Program-made: the position numbers and the translations under genes
Shown: positions 35,739 to 49,116 of the stretch, piece after piece
How positions within the stretch are numbered: position 1 is the first letter of the stretch
How the letters are laid out: every line of letters begins with the position of its first letter
The notes under the pieces: generated by a model
Told to the model about the DNA's origin: nothing
Seen by the model: only the letters and a program-made list of their open reading frames with translations
Databases searched by the model: none
Source of the DNA: Malacoraja senta
Lineage: Eukaryota
Assembly: GCA_038087875.1 (NCBI GenBank)
Contig: CM075987.1
Coordinates: 25,112,001-25,176,000, forward strand
DNA length: 64,000 nt
Direction: 5' to 3'

Positions 35739-38144
35739 TTTTTTTTTTTTTTGAAAATATTTTTTATTGGAGAAAAGTACACAACCTATTAACATCATTA
35801 CAGTCTTACATTTTTAAATTGATAATATTATCAATTATTATTACATTGTCTCCAATACCTTTTGCCTTTTTTTTAAATTTTTGTTTTTAAACTAGGTAGA
35901 ACTAAAAAGATAGATGAAGTAAAGAAAGAAAAGAGTGAGAAGGAAAAAGAGAAAAGAGAAAACAAAAAAACAAAAAACAAAAAAAAATTAAAAAATAAAA
36001 AATAAAAAGATGGTTAAAGAAGAATTGAAAAATTTAAAAGATAAAAAAGTTCATTCGAGATATATTCGTACATTTCAGAGTATAGCATTTCATCCATTCT
36101 TTAGCCCGAGCATTAGTCAGGTTCCTGTGCTGAACCATTCTGACCCTTTAAATAATCAATAAAGGGAGACCATGTTCCAACGAATAATTCCTGTTTGTCC
36201 AACAGGGAAAATCTGATTCTTTCCACGTTTAAGGTCTCCGTCATTTCTATAATCCACATTTTGATTGTGGGGGCCGTAGGGCCTTTCCAAAATTTTTGAA
36301 TTAATTTTTTTCCTGTTATTATACTATAATCAATAAAGTTTCTTTGTGTTGTAGTAAATGTTTGATTTAATTCTAATGTTCCGAGTATTATAAATTTTGG
36401 ATCCGGGTCCACTTGTGTGCTGGTCACTTTAGATATTATACTAAAAATATTTACCCAGAATTTTTTAATTTTTATACAGTTTGCAAACATATGAGATAAG
36501 GTAGCTTCTAAATGTTGACATTTATCACATATAGGTGAGATATGTTGAAAGATTTTATGTAATTTTGTTTTTGAATAATGTAACCTATGTATTACTTTAA
36601 ATTGTATTAAAGAATGTCTGGCATTTAGTGGACATTGATGTATGTGTTGTAAACTTTCCTCCCAAGTATCTTTCGTTATTATTTGATTTAATTCTTTTTC
36701 CCATGTTTGTCTGTGTAAGTCCGTCGATGGAATGTCACTGTCTAATAAGATTATATATATAAGATATTAATTTTTCTGTATTAGGATGTTTATTCCAACA
36801 TTCGTCAAGAATTTCTGAATTTCTAATTCGAAAATGTTGAGTATTCGATTTTACATAATCTCTGAGTTGAAGATATCTGAAATAATCATTTCCTCGAAGT
36901 CCATAAGTCTGTTGCAACTCCTGAAATGTCAGAAAAGTGCCTTCCTTATAAAGTTGTCCCATATTTTTATTTCCATAATTCTTCCATTGTGTAAAACCCC
37001 TGTCCAACCATGAAGGCTTAAACAAAGGGTTATTCACAATTGGGAGAAAAAGTGATAAATTATCTAATTTTAATGTCTTTTTTAATTGTTTCCAAATTCG
37101 TATAGCACTAAATATTATAGGGTTTTCCCTATAAATTTTTTTGTTTAATTTAGATGTAGCAAATAATATCGAACCGATATCAAAAGGCAAACAATCTTCC
37201 TTTTCCATTTTTAACCAATCTGGTTGTTGATCTATTTCTTCCAACCAGAAATTCATATTTTTAATGTTAACTGCCCAAAAATAAAACAGAAAGTTGGGTA
37301 AAACCAAACCTCCATTTATTTTTGATTTACACAAATGTCTTTTGTTTATCCTATGATTCTTATAATCCCAGATAAAATCATTAACAATGGAGTCCAATTT
37401 AAAAAAAAAGTTTTTTGACAAATATATCGGAATTGTCTGAAAAAGGTATAATATTTGCGGTAAAAAAATCATTTTTATGGCATTAATTTTGCCAACCATT
37501 GAGATAGGAAGTGTTTTCCAGTATTGAATATTCTTATGTAGTTTATTCAGTAATGGGGGAAAATTTGCTTTAAATAATGATGTATATATCTTAGTTACAT
37601 AAATACCTAGATATTTAAATTTTTCATTTACTATTTTAAATGGAAATTGTTGTATTATCTGTTTGTTATGTTCCCTTATTGGCATAATTTCACTTTTATT
37701 CCAATTTATTCTGTATCCTGAGAGTGAACCAAATTGGGTTATTAGCTCTAATAAGTTTGGAATACTAATTTCTGGTTTTGTAATGTAAATTAGTACATCA
37801 TCTGCGTATAGAGAAATTTTATTCACTGTGTCCTTTGTGATATACCCATATATTTCCGGATGACCCCTAACTCTTTCTGCAAGTGGCTCAATAGCAAGCG
37901 CAAATAATAATGGAGATAACGGGCATCCTTGTCTACAACCTCTAGATAGGCTGAATTTAGATGACAACCTTTGGTTTGTTAATATTCTAGCCGCAGGATT
38001 TGTATATAACAGTTTTATCCATGTACAGAATTTCTCCCCTAGCTGCATATTTTCCATCACCGAAAATAAATAAGACCATTCAACCTGATCAAATGCTTTT
38101 TCAGCGTCAAGTGAGATTATTGCTAGATCTTCATTAATAATTCT
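35739..38144 (-). mobile_element. L1-clade LINE, 5' truncated, poly(A) tail
   Basis: 16-bp TSD CTTTTTGTGTCTATCT (35723-35738, 38145-38160); poly-T at the left end; AT-rich ORF2. Confidence 0.92.
36113..38144 (-). pseudogene. L1 ORF2 RT plus C-terminal CCHC domain, frameshift near 36750
   Basis: LDAEKAFD, RQGCPLSP, YADD, KYLG; CDKCQHLEATLSHMFANC near 36480-36530. Confidence 0.88.
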
Positions 38145-38177
38145 CTTTTTGTGTCTATCTGAAGTGATAGGTGGTTA

Positions 38178-38712
38178 CATACATAGAATACATAGAAAAT
38201 AGGTGCAGGAGTAGGCCATTCGGCCCTTCGAGCATACACCGCCATTCAATATGATCATGGCTGATCATCCAACTCAGTATCCCGTACCTGCCTTCTCTCC
38301 ATACCCCCTGATCCCTTTAGCCACAAGGGCCACATCTAACTCCCTCTTAAATATAGCCAATGAACTGGCCTCAACTACCTTCTGTGGCAGAGAGTTCCAG
38401 AGATTCACCACTCTCTGTGTGAAAAATGTTTTTCTCATCTCAGTCTTGAAGGATTTCCCCCTTATCCTTAAGCTGTGACCCCTTGTCCTGGACTTCCCCA
38501 ACATCGGGAACAATCTTCCTGCATCTAGCCTGTCCAACCCCATAAAAATTTTGTAAGTTTCTATAAGATCCCCCCTCAATCTCCTTAATTCTAGCGAGTA
38601 CAAGCCGAGTCTATCCAGTCCTTCTTCATATGAAAGTCCTGACATCCCAGGAACCAGTCTGGTGAACCTTCTCTGCACTCCCTCTATGGCAATAATGTCC
38701 TTCCTCAGATTT
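38178..38712 (-). mobile_element. CR1-clade LINE 3' fragment
   Basis: EGVQRRFTRLVPGM..RTRGH..WNSLP. Confidence 0.85.
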
Positions 38713-39521
38713 GGGAGGGGGGGGGGTTGGGTGGGCAGTTGGGTGGAGTAACTGATAAAGACTGGAGGTGGAAAAGGAGACAAAGAGCAGCAGATATGAA
38801 AGGAAGATGGGCGAAAGGTAATGGTAGAGGGAGAGATAGGGGAAGTGGGGGATGTGGGGATAGGAGAAAAGTGTATAAAGGAGAGGAAGGGAGACGGGAA
38901 GATCTTGCTCAGGCTACGACCGTGCGAAACATACTCATGTGGCATTTTGAAAGATTCACAACCATATCTCACATGAACACAATAGCAAACAACATTGACT
39001 CTGATGTTGGATGAAATGGCAAATTCAACTAACTAACAAAAGGCACGTGAGTTTGCAGCTTTTGTGGAAATGGACAAAAAGGATTTGTGTTTGCAAGTGG
39101 ATCATTACAATAGCCTTTTTGCCAGTAACTTTACAAATCTTTCAGCCAGAGCTGTATTGAAGTAGTTACTCCACCCTGCCTTGCTGTCACTGTTCCTTTG
39201 CATTCACTGACTCTTCAGAATAAAGAAATTGTCCTTTATCACGAATAGTCCTATGGAGCAGCAGTGTAGTGGTTACATCACGGAACAAGCAGAAGGCAGG
39301 ACTCATGATCCGCACACAACTGGGCATGACATGACATGGCTCGGGAATTTCAATTCAATTCATTAAAATTAATCTGCAATTAGAAGCAAAGACTAGCAGT
39401 GATAACCATGAAACAACTGGAATGCCAAACAAAATAAAAATAATTGAATTAACTAATGACCTTCAAGGAAGGTAATCTGTAGTCTTTGCCTAGTGTCACT
39501 AGAAGTCCAGATGCACAGCAA

Positions 39522-39688
39522 GGTAGACAAACATGCTGGAGGAACTCAGCGGGTGAGGCAGCATGTATGGAGAGAAGAAATAGGTGACGTTTTGGCTTGA
39601 GACCTTTCTACAGACAGCCTCACCCGCCGAGTTCCTCCAGCATTTTTTCTACCTTTGATTTTTCCAGCATCTGCAGTTCTTACTTAAA
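39522..39688. mobile_element. Penelope-derived palindromic short element
   Basis: Inverted arms; 14-bp near-TSD CAG(A/G)TGCACA(G/A)CAA at 39508-39521 and 39689-39702. Confidence 0.7.
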
Positions 39689-39804
39689 CAGGTGCACAAC
39701 AATGTATTTGATTCTTAACTGGCTGCTCAATCAAGATTAGTTTAATTTAGAGATACAGCATGGAAACTGTATCTTCGGCCCAACGAGTCCGTAGATAGAC
39801 ACAT

Positions 39805-42664
39805 GGGGGGGGGGGGTAGCTCTGCTTGTGAGGGATGGAATTCAGTCCCTTGCGAGGGAAGACATAGGGACTGACGAGGTAGAGTCACTGTGGATTGAGT
39901 TGAGGAATTGTAAAGGCAAGAAGACACTATTGGTGTTATTTACAGACCCCCAAATAGTAGCCCGGATGTAGGGTGTAAGTTGCAGCAGAGTTAAAACTGG
40001 CATGTAACAAAGGTAATGCCACTGTGGTCCTATTTTCTATGTTTCTATTGGAGAGAAGGCAGGTACAGGATACTGAGTTGGATGATCAGCCATGATCATA
40101 TTGAATGGCGGTGGCAGACTCGAAGGGCCGAATGGCCTACTCCTGCACTATTTTCTATGTTTCTATGTGATGGGGGATTTCAATATGCAGGTAGACTGGG
40201 AAAATCAGGTTGGTTCAGGACCCCAAGAAAGAGAGTTTGTAGAATGCCTCCGAGATGGATCCTTAGAGCAGCTTGTAATGGAGCCAACCAGAGAAAAGGC
40301 AATTCTGGATTAGTGTTGTCCAATGAACAGATATGATAAGAGAACTCGAGGTAAAGGAACTGCTTGGAGGTAGTGATCATAATATGATTAGTTTTAACCT
40401 GCAATTTGAGAAGGAGAACGTTAAATCGGAAGTGTCAGTGATGCAGTTGAACAAAGGGGACTATGAAGGCATGAGAGGGGAGCTGGCCAAAGTAGACTGG
40501 AAAGGGATCCTAGCAGGAATGACGGTGGAACAGCAATGGCAGGAATTTCTGGCATAATCCGGGAGACGCAGGATCATTTCATTCCAAAAAGGAAGAAAGA
40601 TTCTAAGGGGAGTAGGAGGCAACCGTGGCTGACAAGAGAAGTTAGGGATAGAATAAAACTAAAAGAAAAGATGTATAACACAGCAAAGAGTAGCCGGAAG
40701 CCAGAGGATTGGGAAACTTTCATAGTACAACAGAAGGAAACAAAACGGGCAATAAGGGCTGAAAAGATGAAGTATGTGGGGAAGCTGGCCAGGAATATAA
40801 AGAAGGACAGTAAAAGCTTCTTTAGATATGTTAAGGGAAAAAGAGTAGCAAAGTCAAATGTGGGTCCCTTGAAGGCAGACACGGGTGAGATTATTATTGG
40901 CAACAAGGAAATGGCAGAAGAGTTGAATAGGTACTTCGGATCTGTCTTCACTAAGGAAGACACAAACAATCTCCCAGATGTACTGGAGGACAGAGGATCT
41001 AAGGGGGTAGAGGAACTGAAAGAAATATTCATTAGGCGAGAAATAGTATTGGGTAGGCTAATGGACTGAAGGATGATAAATCCCCTGGGCCTGATGGTCT
41101 GCATCCCAGGGTCCTCAGGGAGGTGGCTCTAGAAATAGTGGACGCATTAGTGATAATTTTCCAATGTTCAATAGATTCAGGATCAGTTCCTGTGGATTGG
41201 AGGTTAGCTAATGTTATCCCACTTTTCAAGAAAGAAGCGAGAGAGAAAACGGGGAATTACAGACCAGTTAGCCTGACTTCGGTGGTGGGAAAGATGCTGG
41301 AGTCAATTATTATAGAGGTAATAATGGGGCATTTGGATAGCAGTAAAAGGATTAGTCCAAGCCAACATGGATTTATGAAAGGGAATCATGCTGGACTAAT
41401 CTTCGGGGATTTTTTGAGGATGTGACAAGTAAATGGATGAAGGGGTGCCAGTGGATGTAGTGTATCTAGACTTTCAGAAAGCCTTTGACAAGGTCCCGCA
41501 CGGGAGACTGGTGACTAAAATTAGAGCACATGGTATTGGGGGTAGGGTGTTGACATGGATAGAAAATTGGTTGGCAGACCGGAAGCAAAGAGTAGGAGTG
41601 AATGGGTCCTTTTCAGAATGGCAGGCAGTGGCGAGTGGAGTGCAGCAAGGCTCGGTGTTGGGGCCGCAACTGTTTACCATATATATTAATGATTTGGAAG
41701 AGGAAATTAGGAGCAACACTAGCAAGTTTGCGGATGACATAAAGCTGGTGGCAGTGTGAACTGTGAAGAGGATATTAGGAGGTTGCAGGGTGACCTGGAC
41801 AGGTTGAGTGAGTGGGCAGATGCGTGGCAGATGCAGTATAATATAGATAAAGGTGAGGTTATCCACTTTGGTGGCAAAACAAAGGGCAGATTATTATCTC
41901 AATGGGGTTAGGTTAGGTAAGGGGGGTGTACAGCGAGACCTGGGTGTCCTTGTACACCGGTCACTGAAAGTTGGCGTGCAGGTACAGCATGCAGTGAAAA
42001 AAGCTAATGGAATGTTGGCCTTCATAACAAGAGGATTTCAGTATAGGAGTAAAGAGGTTTCTTCTGCAGTTGTATAGGGCTCTGTGAGACACATCTGGAG
42101 TATTGTGTACAGTTTTGGTCTCCTAATTTGAGGAAGGACATCCTTGTGATCCAGTGCAGGGTAGGCTCACGAGATTGATCCCTGGGATGGCGGGACTGTC
42201 ATATGAGGAAAGATTGAAAAGACTAGGCTTGTATTCACTGGAGTTTAGAAGGATGAGGGGGGATCTTATAGAAAGATATAAAATTATAAAAGGACTGGAC
42301 AAGCTAGATGCAGGAAAAATGTTCCCAATGTTGGGCAAGTCCAGAACCAGGGGCCACAGTCTTAGAATAAAGGGGAGGTCATTTAAGACTGAGGTGAGAA
42401 AAAACGTTTTCACCCAGAGAGTTGTGAATTTATGGAATTCCCTGCCACAGAGGGCAGTGGAGGCCAAGTCACTGGATGGATTTAAGAGAGAGTTAGATAG
42501 AGCTCTAGGGGCTAGTGGAGTCAAGGGATATGGGGAGAAGGCAGGCACGGATTATTGATAGGGGACGATCAGCCATGATCACAATGAATGGAGGTGCTGG
42601 CTCAGAGGGCCGAATGGCCTCCTCCTGCATCTATTTTCTATGTTTCTATGTTTCTATGTTTCTA
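39805..42664 (+). mobile_element. CR1-clade LINE (second subfamily), multiply frameshifted ORF2
   Basis: GGGVALLV, YRPP, MGDFN, SDHN, NYRPVSL, QGSVLGP, FADD, RTRGH, WNSLP; (TTTCTATG)n tail; nested CR1 3' fragment about 40030-40168. Confidence 0.93.
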
Positions 42665-42681
42665 AAATGCTGGAGTAACTA

Positions 42682-42924
42682 AGGGCCTGTCCCACTTAGC
42701 AAATTTTTCAGCGACTGCCGGCATCATTGACTGACATATCAGGTCACCGGTCACCAATAATGTCCGCGGCGTGATGACGTGCTGACGCACGGTGTTTCCT
42801 CAAGTGTCGCCAACAATTGTTGTCGCCGCTGGATTTTGAAATGTGCAAAATCTTTCGGCGACCCTAATACATCAGTCAATGACGCCGCCAGTCGCCGAAA
42901 AATTCGCCAAGTGGGACAGGCCCT
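42682..42924. mobile_element. PIF/Harbinger-like MITE
   Basis: TIRs AGGGCCTGTCCCACTT(A/G)GC.AATTTTTC.GCGACTG; splits a PLE-derived repeat. Confidence 0.75.
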
Positions 42925-44207
42925 TAACTCAGCGGGACAGGCAGCATCTCTGGATTGAGACTGCATCTCATGTTCTGGACTATTGAAGAACCTGGTGCTT
43001 CCTGGTCCTGGTGCATCTTGGTGGTCAGAGCAGGGACCGAGATCCCGGAAAGTTTTGGGGAAAGTAGGAACCAGTGAGTTTTTGGGAAGAGCGGCAACCT
43101 GGACCCTGGTGAGTTTATGGGGAAAGGAGGAACCAGGTGAATGCCGAACATTTGGGAATACCGAATAGACAGCTGATTAACGGATACACTTTGCTTTGGG
43201 ATGGCCTTGAAGTGTTGCTGATGTCCAGTGATACACCCAATCTTTGGACAACTAAAAAGAAAAACATCCTTCAATGAGTGAAACAGTTCTGAACCTATTT
43301 TGACTAAGATTAAACATTTTGAATATCTTATATAACTGGTTGCCAGTTAGACGATTTTTAAATTTCAATTTCAGTGCTGCAATTTGATAATTATATCAAA
43401 TTGCTCTGGTGCTGAATAGATTTAATCTGTAGCATGTATTCAATATCTTCACCTATATTTTTCCTGTCTTGTGTGCAGCTTACCACAAATAATTGTTCCA
43501 CTTACATATCTCAGCTAGATTCATACACGTCTGTTTCTAGTAATAATGTATCTTCGTCTCTCACTTGACAGGCTCCGCAATGTCCTTTGTTTGAATTTCT
43601 GCATCTCCATTAAAAGGTTTATTGTCATGGCTCGGTTCAAATGACTCCACATTTTATCTCTCAGAACACAACAGTAATATTTTAGTGGACTGTTTGCAAG
43701 CAGGTAATACCTTTAACACTGTCAGGCGATCAAGCTTATTTGCTTCACGGAACCGTTTCCCCCCCCCCCCTCACCACACTTATCCGCAGAAAAACATTGT
43801 CCCTAGTGTGTGTGTGTAGAATAGAGTTAATGTGCGGAGATCGCTGGTCGGTGCGGACTCGGTGGGCCGAAGGGACTGTTGTCCGCACGGTATCGCTAAA
43901 CTTAAAAAAACAAATGAAACAATCTTAGGGAACATAGAAAAGTATGGTGTAGGAAGGAACAGCAGATGCTGGTTTATACTAAAGATAGACACAAAGCGCT
44001 GGAGTAATTCAGCGGGTCAGACAGGATCGCTGGCAAAAAAGTACAGTCTTCAGTCCACGGTAGACAAAAGTGCTGGAGAAACTCAGCGGGTGCGGCAGCA
44101 TCTATGGAGCGAAGGAAATAGGCAACGTTTTTCGGCCGAAACCCTTCTTCAGTCCGCAGTGTCTGCACTGAACATGATGCCAAGACAAAGTAACGTTTGC
44201 CCGCACA

Positions 44208-44880
44208 CAGGGGCGGAAAACCCCGGGGGGGGGGGGGCACGTCCCCCCCATGTGTTGAGTGGTGGGGGACATCCTCCCCCCAAGTTTTGTGATCCGTATT
44301 TTAAAATCTCCGCTTTCCGCGAGACAGTGGGGGTGGGTCTGATGATCGAGGGCGCAATAATTGGAGGAGGGAGGAGTTGGGGGGGGGGGGGTGGGACTGA
44401 GGATAGAGCGCGGCTATTGGAGCAGGGAGACGTGGCACAGACCTGCACCTCATCCGCAGGCAGGATCGATCCCGGCCGGGTCTCTGGCGCTGTGCCGAGT
44501 GCCCCCCCCCCCCCACCCCCACGGGTGGCCAGAGAGGTCGGGAGACAGACGCGAGCTGTGCCCACAGCCAGCGCAGAGAAGCAGCGCTAAACCAGCTCAC
44601 TCTGCCGGTCCTGCCTGGTGAGCCTACAGCCATCCTGGGCTTGTGGGAAATATGGCCAGCGCGGAGAAGCAGCGCTGGTGTCCCGTCAGTCCAGCCAGAG
44701 CTGTATTAACCGGGTGAGACAGGCAAAGTTGAGCTGCATTTAGCGCTGGATTGAGCCTCCGAAGCACGCGCGCGGGAGTGTGCACATGCGCGTGTGTGTG
44801 AGTGTGCGCATGCGCGCGCGGCCGGCAAAAAAATTGTGTCCCCCGTCCCCTCCATGTTTTGATAGCGAGTTCCGCTCTTG
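44208..44880. mobile_element. Non-autonomous hAT transposon
   Basis: Perfect 8-bp TSD CCCGCACA (44200-44207, 44881-44888); TIRs CAGGGGCGGAA/TTCCGCTCTTG; subterminal GTCCCC motifs. Confidence 0.85.
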
Positions 44881-46939
44881 CCCGCACATGATCCATATTC
44901 TCCATTCCATGCATGTCCATATGTCTATCTTAAAGCCTCAAATGCTACCATTGTATCTGCCTCCACCATCACCCCTGACAGCATGTTCCAGGTACACACC
45001 ACTCCATGTACATTATAAGAGCTCCACACAGCTCTTATAAACATCGCCACTCTCACCCGGATACAAAGCCTTCTAGTATTTCGACACACAATGCTGGAGT
45101 AACTCAGCGGGTCAGGCAGCATCCGTGGAGAAATGTCACAAATAGGTGACCTTTTGGTGTCGAGACCCTTCTTCAGACTGAGAGTCAGGGGAGAGGGAAA
45201 CTAGAGGCATGAAAAGGTACAGAACAGATCAGAGCCGGCACTGAAGATTCCACCCTGGGACACTGGGTCCATTATTAAAATGGTTGCGTGATTTCAGAAT
45301 GCCGTTTGCCATGCAGCAATGTTACACTACTTTGTGCGTCTGCTGTGGTTTACACAATATACATACTTAATGTGGAGATGTTTGCAAATTGGTGCAATTT
45401 AAACTAGCTCAAGGTTAGCTCTTGTTAAACCGAGCAGTGCGTTTACAATGACAGATGAACATGCTAACAGTGAAATATATAATGTATGCTTCAAAATTCA
45501 AAGCAACACTCTTTTTGTGCAAGCTGAAGTAAATGGTGAACCTGTTTGATCAAACTGTCATGTCAGATAAAACATACAGGGCTGCCATTCACACATCTAT
45601 GCTGTAATATGCAGGCCTTCAATTTGGAGTTCAATTGCGCTAATTATGAGATGAAATGTCTATAAAAGCTTGAAGTCGAGTCAGAGTGATGCAGCATGGA
45701 AACAGGCCCTTCAGCCCAACTTCCCTACACCGACCAACATGTCCCATCTACACTAGTCCCACCGACCTGCGTTTGGCCCATATCCCTCCAAACCTGTCCT
45801 ATCCACGTACCTGTCCAAGTGTTTCTTAAACGTTGCAATAGTCCCAGCCTCAACTGCATCCTCCGGCAGCTCGTTCCATACAACCACCTCTCTTTGTGTG
45901 AAGAAGTTGCCCCTTAGATTCCTATTAAATCTTTCCCCCCCCCCCCCGCCCCCACCTTAAACTTGTGTCCTCTGGACTTCTCTGTAAAATCTGTAATAAC
46001 AATCCTGAACTATGAGAAAGCGCAGATCCAACGCTCATTGTATTTTTGTTTTACACCTGTTATATCTTTTAGTTTGAACCCATTTTATATTTTAACTGTT
46101 TCCCCGGTTTTATTTCTGATTTGGATCTTAACACAAGTAGCTGCAAAATACTGTCTTAATACTCCAATTTACAGTCCAGTCAGTGTTTCGCAGCTGGTGT
46201 GACTTTGCCACTAAGGTACATATCATACCTCCAATGAACCCCTATTTGTACAGTATCCTCTTCCATTTCTAGTGCTTCTTAAACCAAGTCCAAACACCGT
46301 CAAGCCTGTTCCATTAGTTAACTGCTGGAAGGGCCATTAGTTAAGAAAGGAAGAAGTACACATTCTCCTTACAGCCTGACCAATTTCCAACCCATTCACT
46401 TAAATGGACAGATAATGAGATGAGAAAGGGTCTGAAGAAGGGTCTGGACCCGAAACCTCGCCCATTCCTTCACTCCAGAGATGCTGCCTCGCGTGCTGAG
46501 TTACTCCAGCATTTTGTGTCTACCTTCGATAATGAGATGAGCACTGTTACAGATGAAAACCATTTCTGGCTGTTTATTAAGAGGTACCCAGACAGAAAAT
46601 GTAATTCACGGGAGTGTATTAATCCTGAGGTGTCTAAATAATTTTGAATGGAAATTGTGTCAAGTGAAAAGTTGGGTCACTTTTGGTCGTCAGTCGTTGA
46701 AACCAAATATTGTAGATGAAACTTGGAATATTCATATTGTGCTCTCAACACAGTGCTGTTTGCCCATGTGTGTGCCAGCAAGAAAAGATCATGAGATTGA
46801 ATCATCTGAGAATTATAAAATCATGAGAGGAATACTTACTTATTTTTTAATTGCAGACTCAATGTCCAGATAAAAGACAAGGCATTACAAAGAATAGATC
46901 GGGTAGATGCACGGAGTATCTTGCCCAGAGTAGGGCAGC

Positions 46940-47490
46940 TACTCTGAGTCGGTTTGTCAAGGAGAACTCTCTCTAACTTCTACAGGTGCACAGTAGAGAG
47001 CATGCTGACCAGTTGCATCGTGGCTTGGTTCGGCAACTTGAGTGCCCTGGAGAGGAAAAGACTACAAAAAGTAGTAAACACTGCCCAGTCCATCATCGGC
47101 TCTGACCTCCCTTCCATCGAGGGGATCTACCACAGTCGCTGCCTCAAAAAGGCTGGCAGCATCATCAAGGACCCACACCATCCTGGCCACACACTCATCT
47201 CCCTACTACCTTCAGGTAGAAGGTACAGGAGCCTGAAGACTGCAACGACCAGGTTCAGGAACAGCTTATTCCCCACAGCCATCAGGCTATTAAACCTGGC
47301 TCGGACATAACACCGAACTTTACTAGCCAATACTGTATTTGCACTTTATCAGTATATTGACCATTGTGTATATATTTATAGAATGCCTTGTAGTAAATGC
47401 CTACTATGTTCTGTTGTGCTCAAGCAAAGCAAGAATTTCATTGTCCTATCAGGGACACATGACAATAAACTCACTTGACACTTGACTTGA
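46940..47490 (+). mobile_element. Rex1/Babar-clade LINE 3' end
   Basis: ORF 46954-47310 FYRCTVESMLT..WFG..HPGH..LPSGRRYRS..RFRNSLFPTAIRLLN; TGACAATAAA plus (CTTGA) tail. Confidence 0.85.
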
Positions 47491-48029
47491 CAAGCTGTTA
47501 CACTACTGAACTCTGCACCTCGGTGTTTGCCAGTCACCCCCCCCCCGACACTCCTTCCCCCAGAAAAATTGGACTATTGATACTGCTGTACATATATATA
47601 TTTTACTGCTCATTATTCCTAAGTTCGCTCTTCTGGGTGAGATGCTAACTGCATTTCGTTGTCTCTGTACTGTACACTGCACAATGACAATTAAAGATTG
47701 AATTGAATTGAATTGAATTGAATTGAGGACCAGAGGACATAGGTTTAAGGTGAAATGGAAAAGATTCAATAGGAATCCTAGCGGTAACTTTTTCACACAA
47801 AGGGTGTTGGATGTGTAGAACGAGTTGCCAGAGGAGGTGGTTGAGGCAGGGACTATCCCGACATTAATGAAACAGTTAGACAGGTACATGGATAGGACAG
47901 GTTTAGAGGGCTGTGGACCAAACACAGGCAGGTGCGACTAGTGTAGATGGGACATGGACACAAAATGCTGGAGTAACTCAGCGGGACAGGCAGCATCGCT
48001 GGAGTGAAGGAGTGGGTGATGATTCCGGT

Positions 48030-48188
48030 GGAGACACTCAGCGGGTGCAGCAGCATCTATGGGGCGAAGGAAATAGTCAACGTTTCGGGCCGAAACCCAA
48101 GGGTTTCGGCCCGAAACGTTGCCTATTTCCTTCGCCCCATAGATGCTGCTGCACCCGCTGAGTTTCTCCAGCATTTTTGTGTACCTTC
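48030..48188. mobile_element. Penelope-derived near-perfect palindrome
   Basis: About 58-bp arms centred on CCGAAACCC-AA-GGGTTTCGG (48089-48090). Confidence 0.8.
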
Positions 48189-48429
48189 TATGACTCTAAA
48201 CGTGCCCAATAATATCCAGACAATGTCCGGATTTGATCGCAGTTTAAAACCATATACATTTACGTTTTGAAAATCATCAACGGTCACCGTTGATTATTAT
48301 TTTCCCGAAAACCCTGCGCAAAGTTAAATGATTTTTAATTACCAATTCCATGAGATGAAGAACTATTGGGATCTTAATTGAGTAGCATGTGTGCATATTC
48401 ACAGAGAAAAATGATCACCTCTTCTGAAT

Positions 48430-48757
48430 GGGCAGCACGGTGGCGCAGTGGTAGAGTTGCTGCCTTACAGCGATTTCATCGCCTTCAGCGCCAGAGACCC
48501 GGGTTCGATCCCGACTACGGCTGCTCTCCGTACGCCGTTTTGTACGTTCTCCCTGTGACCGAGTGGGTTTTCTCCGAGATCTTGGGTTTCCTCCCACACT
48601 CCAGAGACGTCCAGGTTTGTAGGTTAATTGGCTTGGTATACATGTAAATTGTCCCTAGTGTGTGTAGGATAGTGTTAATGTGCGGGGAATCGCTGGTTGA
48701 GGCGAACTCGGTGGGCTGAAGGGCCTGTTTCGGCGCTGTATCTCGAAACGAAACTAA
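48430..48757 (+). mobile_element. HE1-like V-SINE (full length)
   Basis: A/B boxes, V-domain, tail. Confidence 0.85.
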
Positions 48758-49116
48758 TTAACACCAAGGCTTGTGACCAAGCAATTGAGTATCTCACAAT
48801 CAGCTCGAGAGGTTATAAACATTAGGATAAGTACCACAGCAAGAGCTCGCTACAATCACCTCTTTCTGGAGTACATTATAATTGTTGGCTCTGTTTAATC
48901 CAATTAAGGTCGACAGGTTTTTACAAATTTATTTTGGGCTTCATGTTACTGTGCAACACAGCAATGTTATAACTATTAGAATATTCACATATCCTGCCAA
49001 CTTTACCTTGCAACAAGTATAAAACTTAATGACTTTTCTTTGATGGGAATTGTTCATGACCAGACACAAGAAAGCCACATGAAATAGTTGGTCCAAGTTT
49101 AGTTTAGTTCAGAGAT

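Noticed and set aside
43832..44590. 252-aa ORF
   Set aside because: Runs across SINE, PLE repeats and a GC-rich hAT element; a chance open frame.
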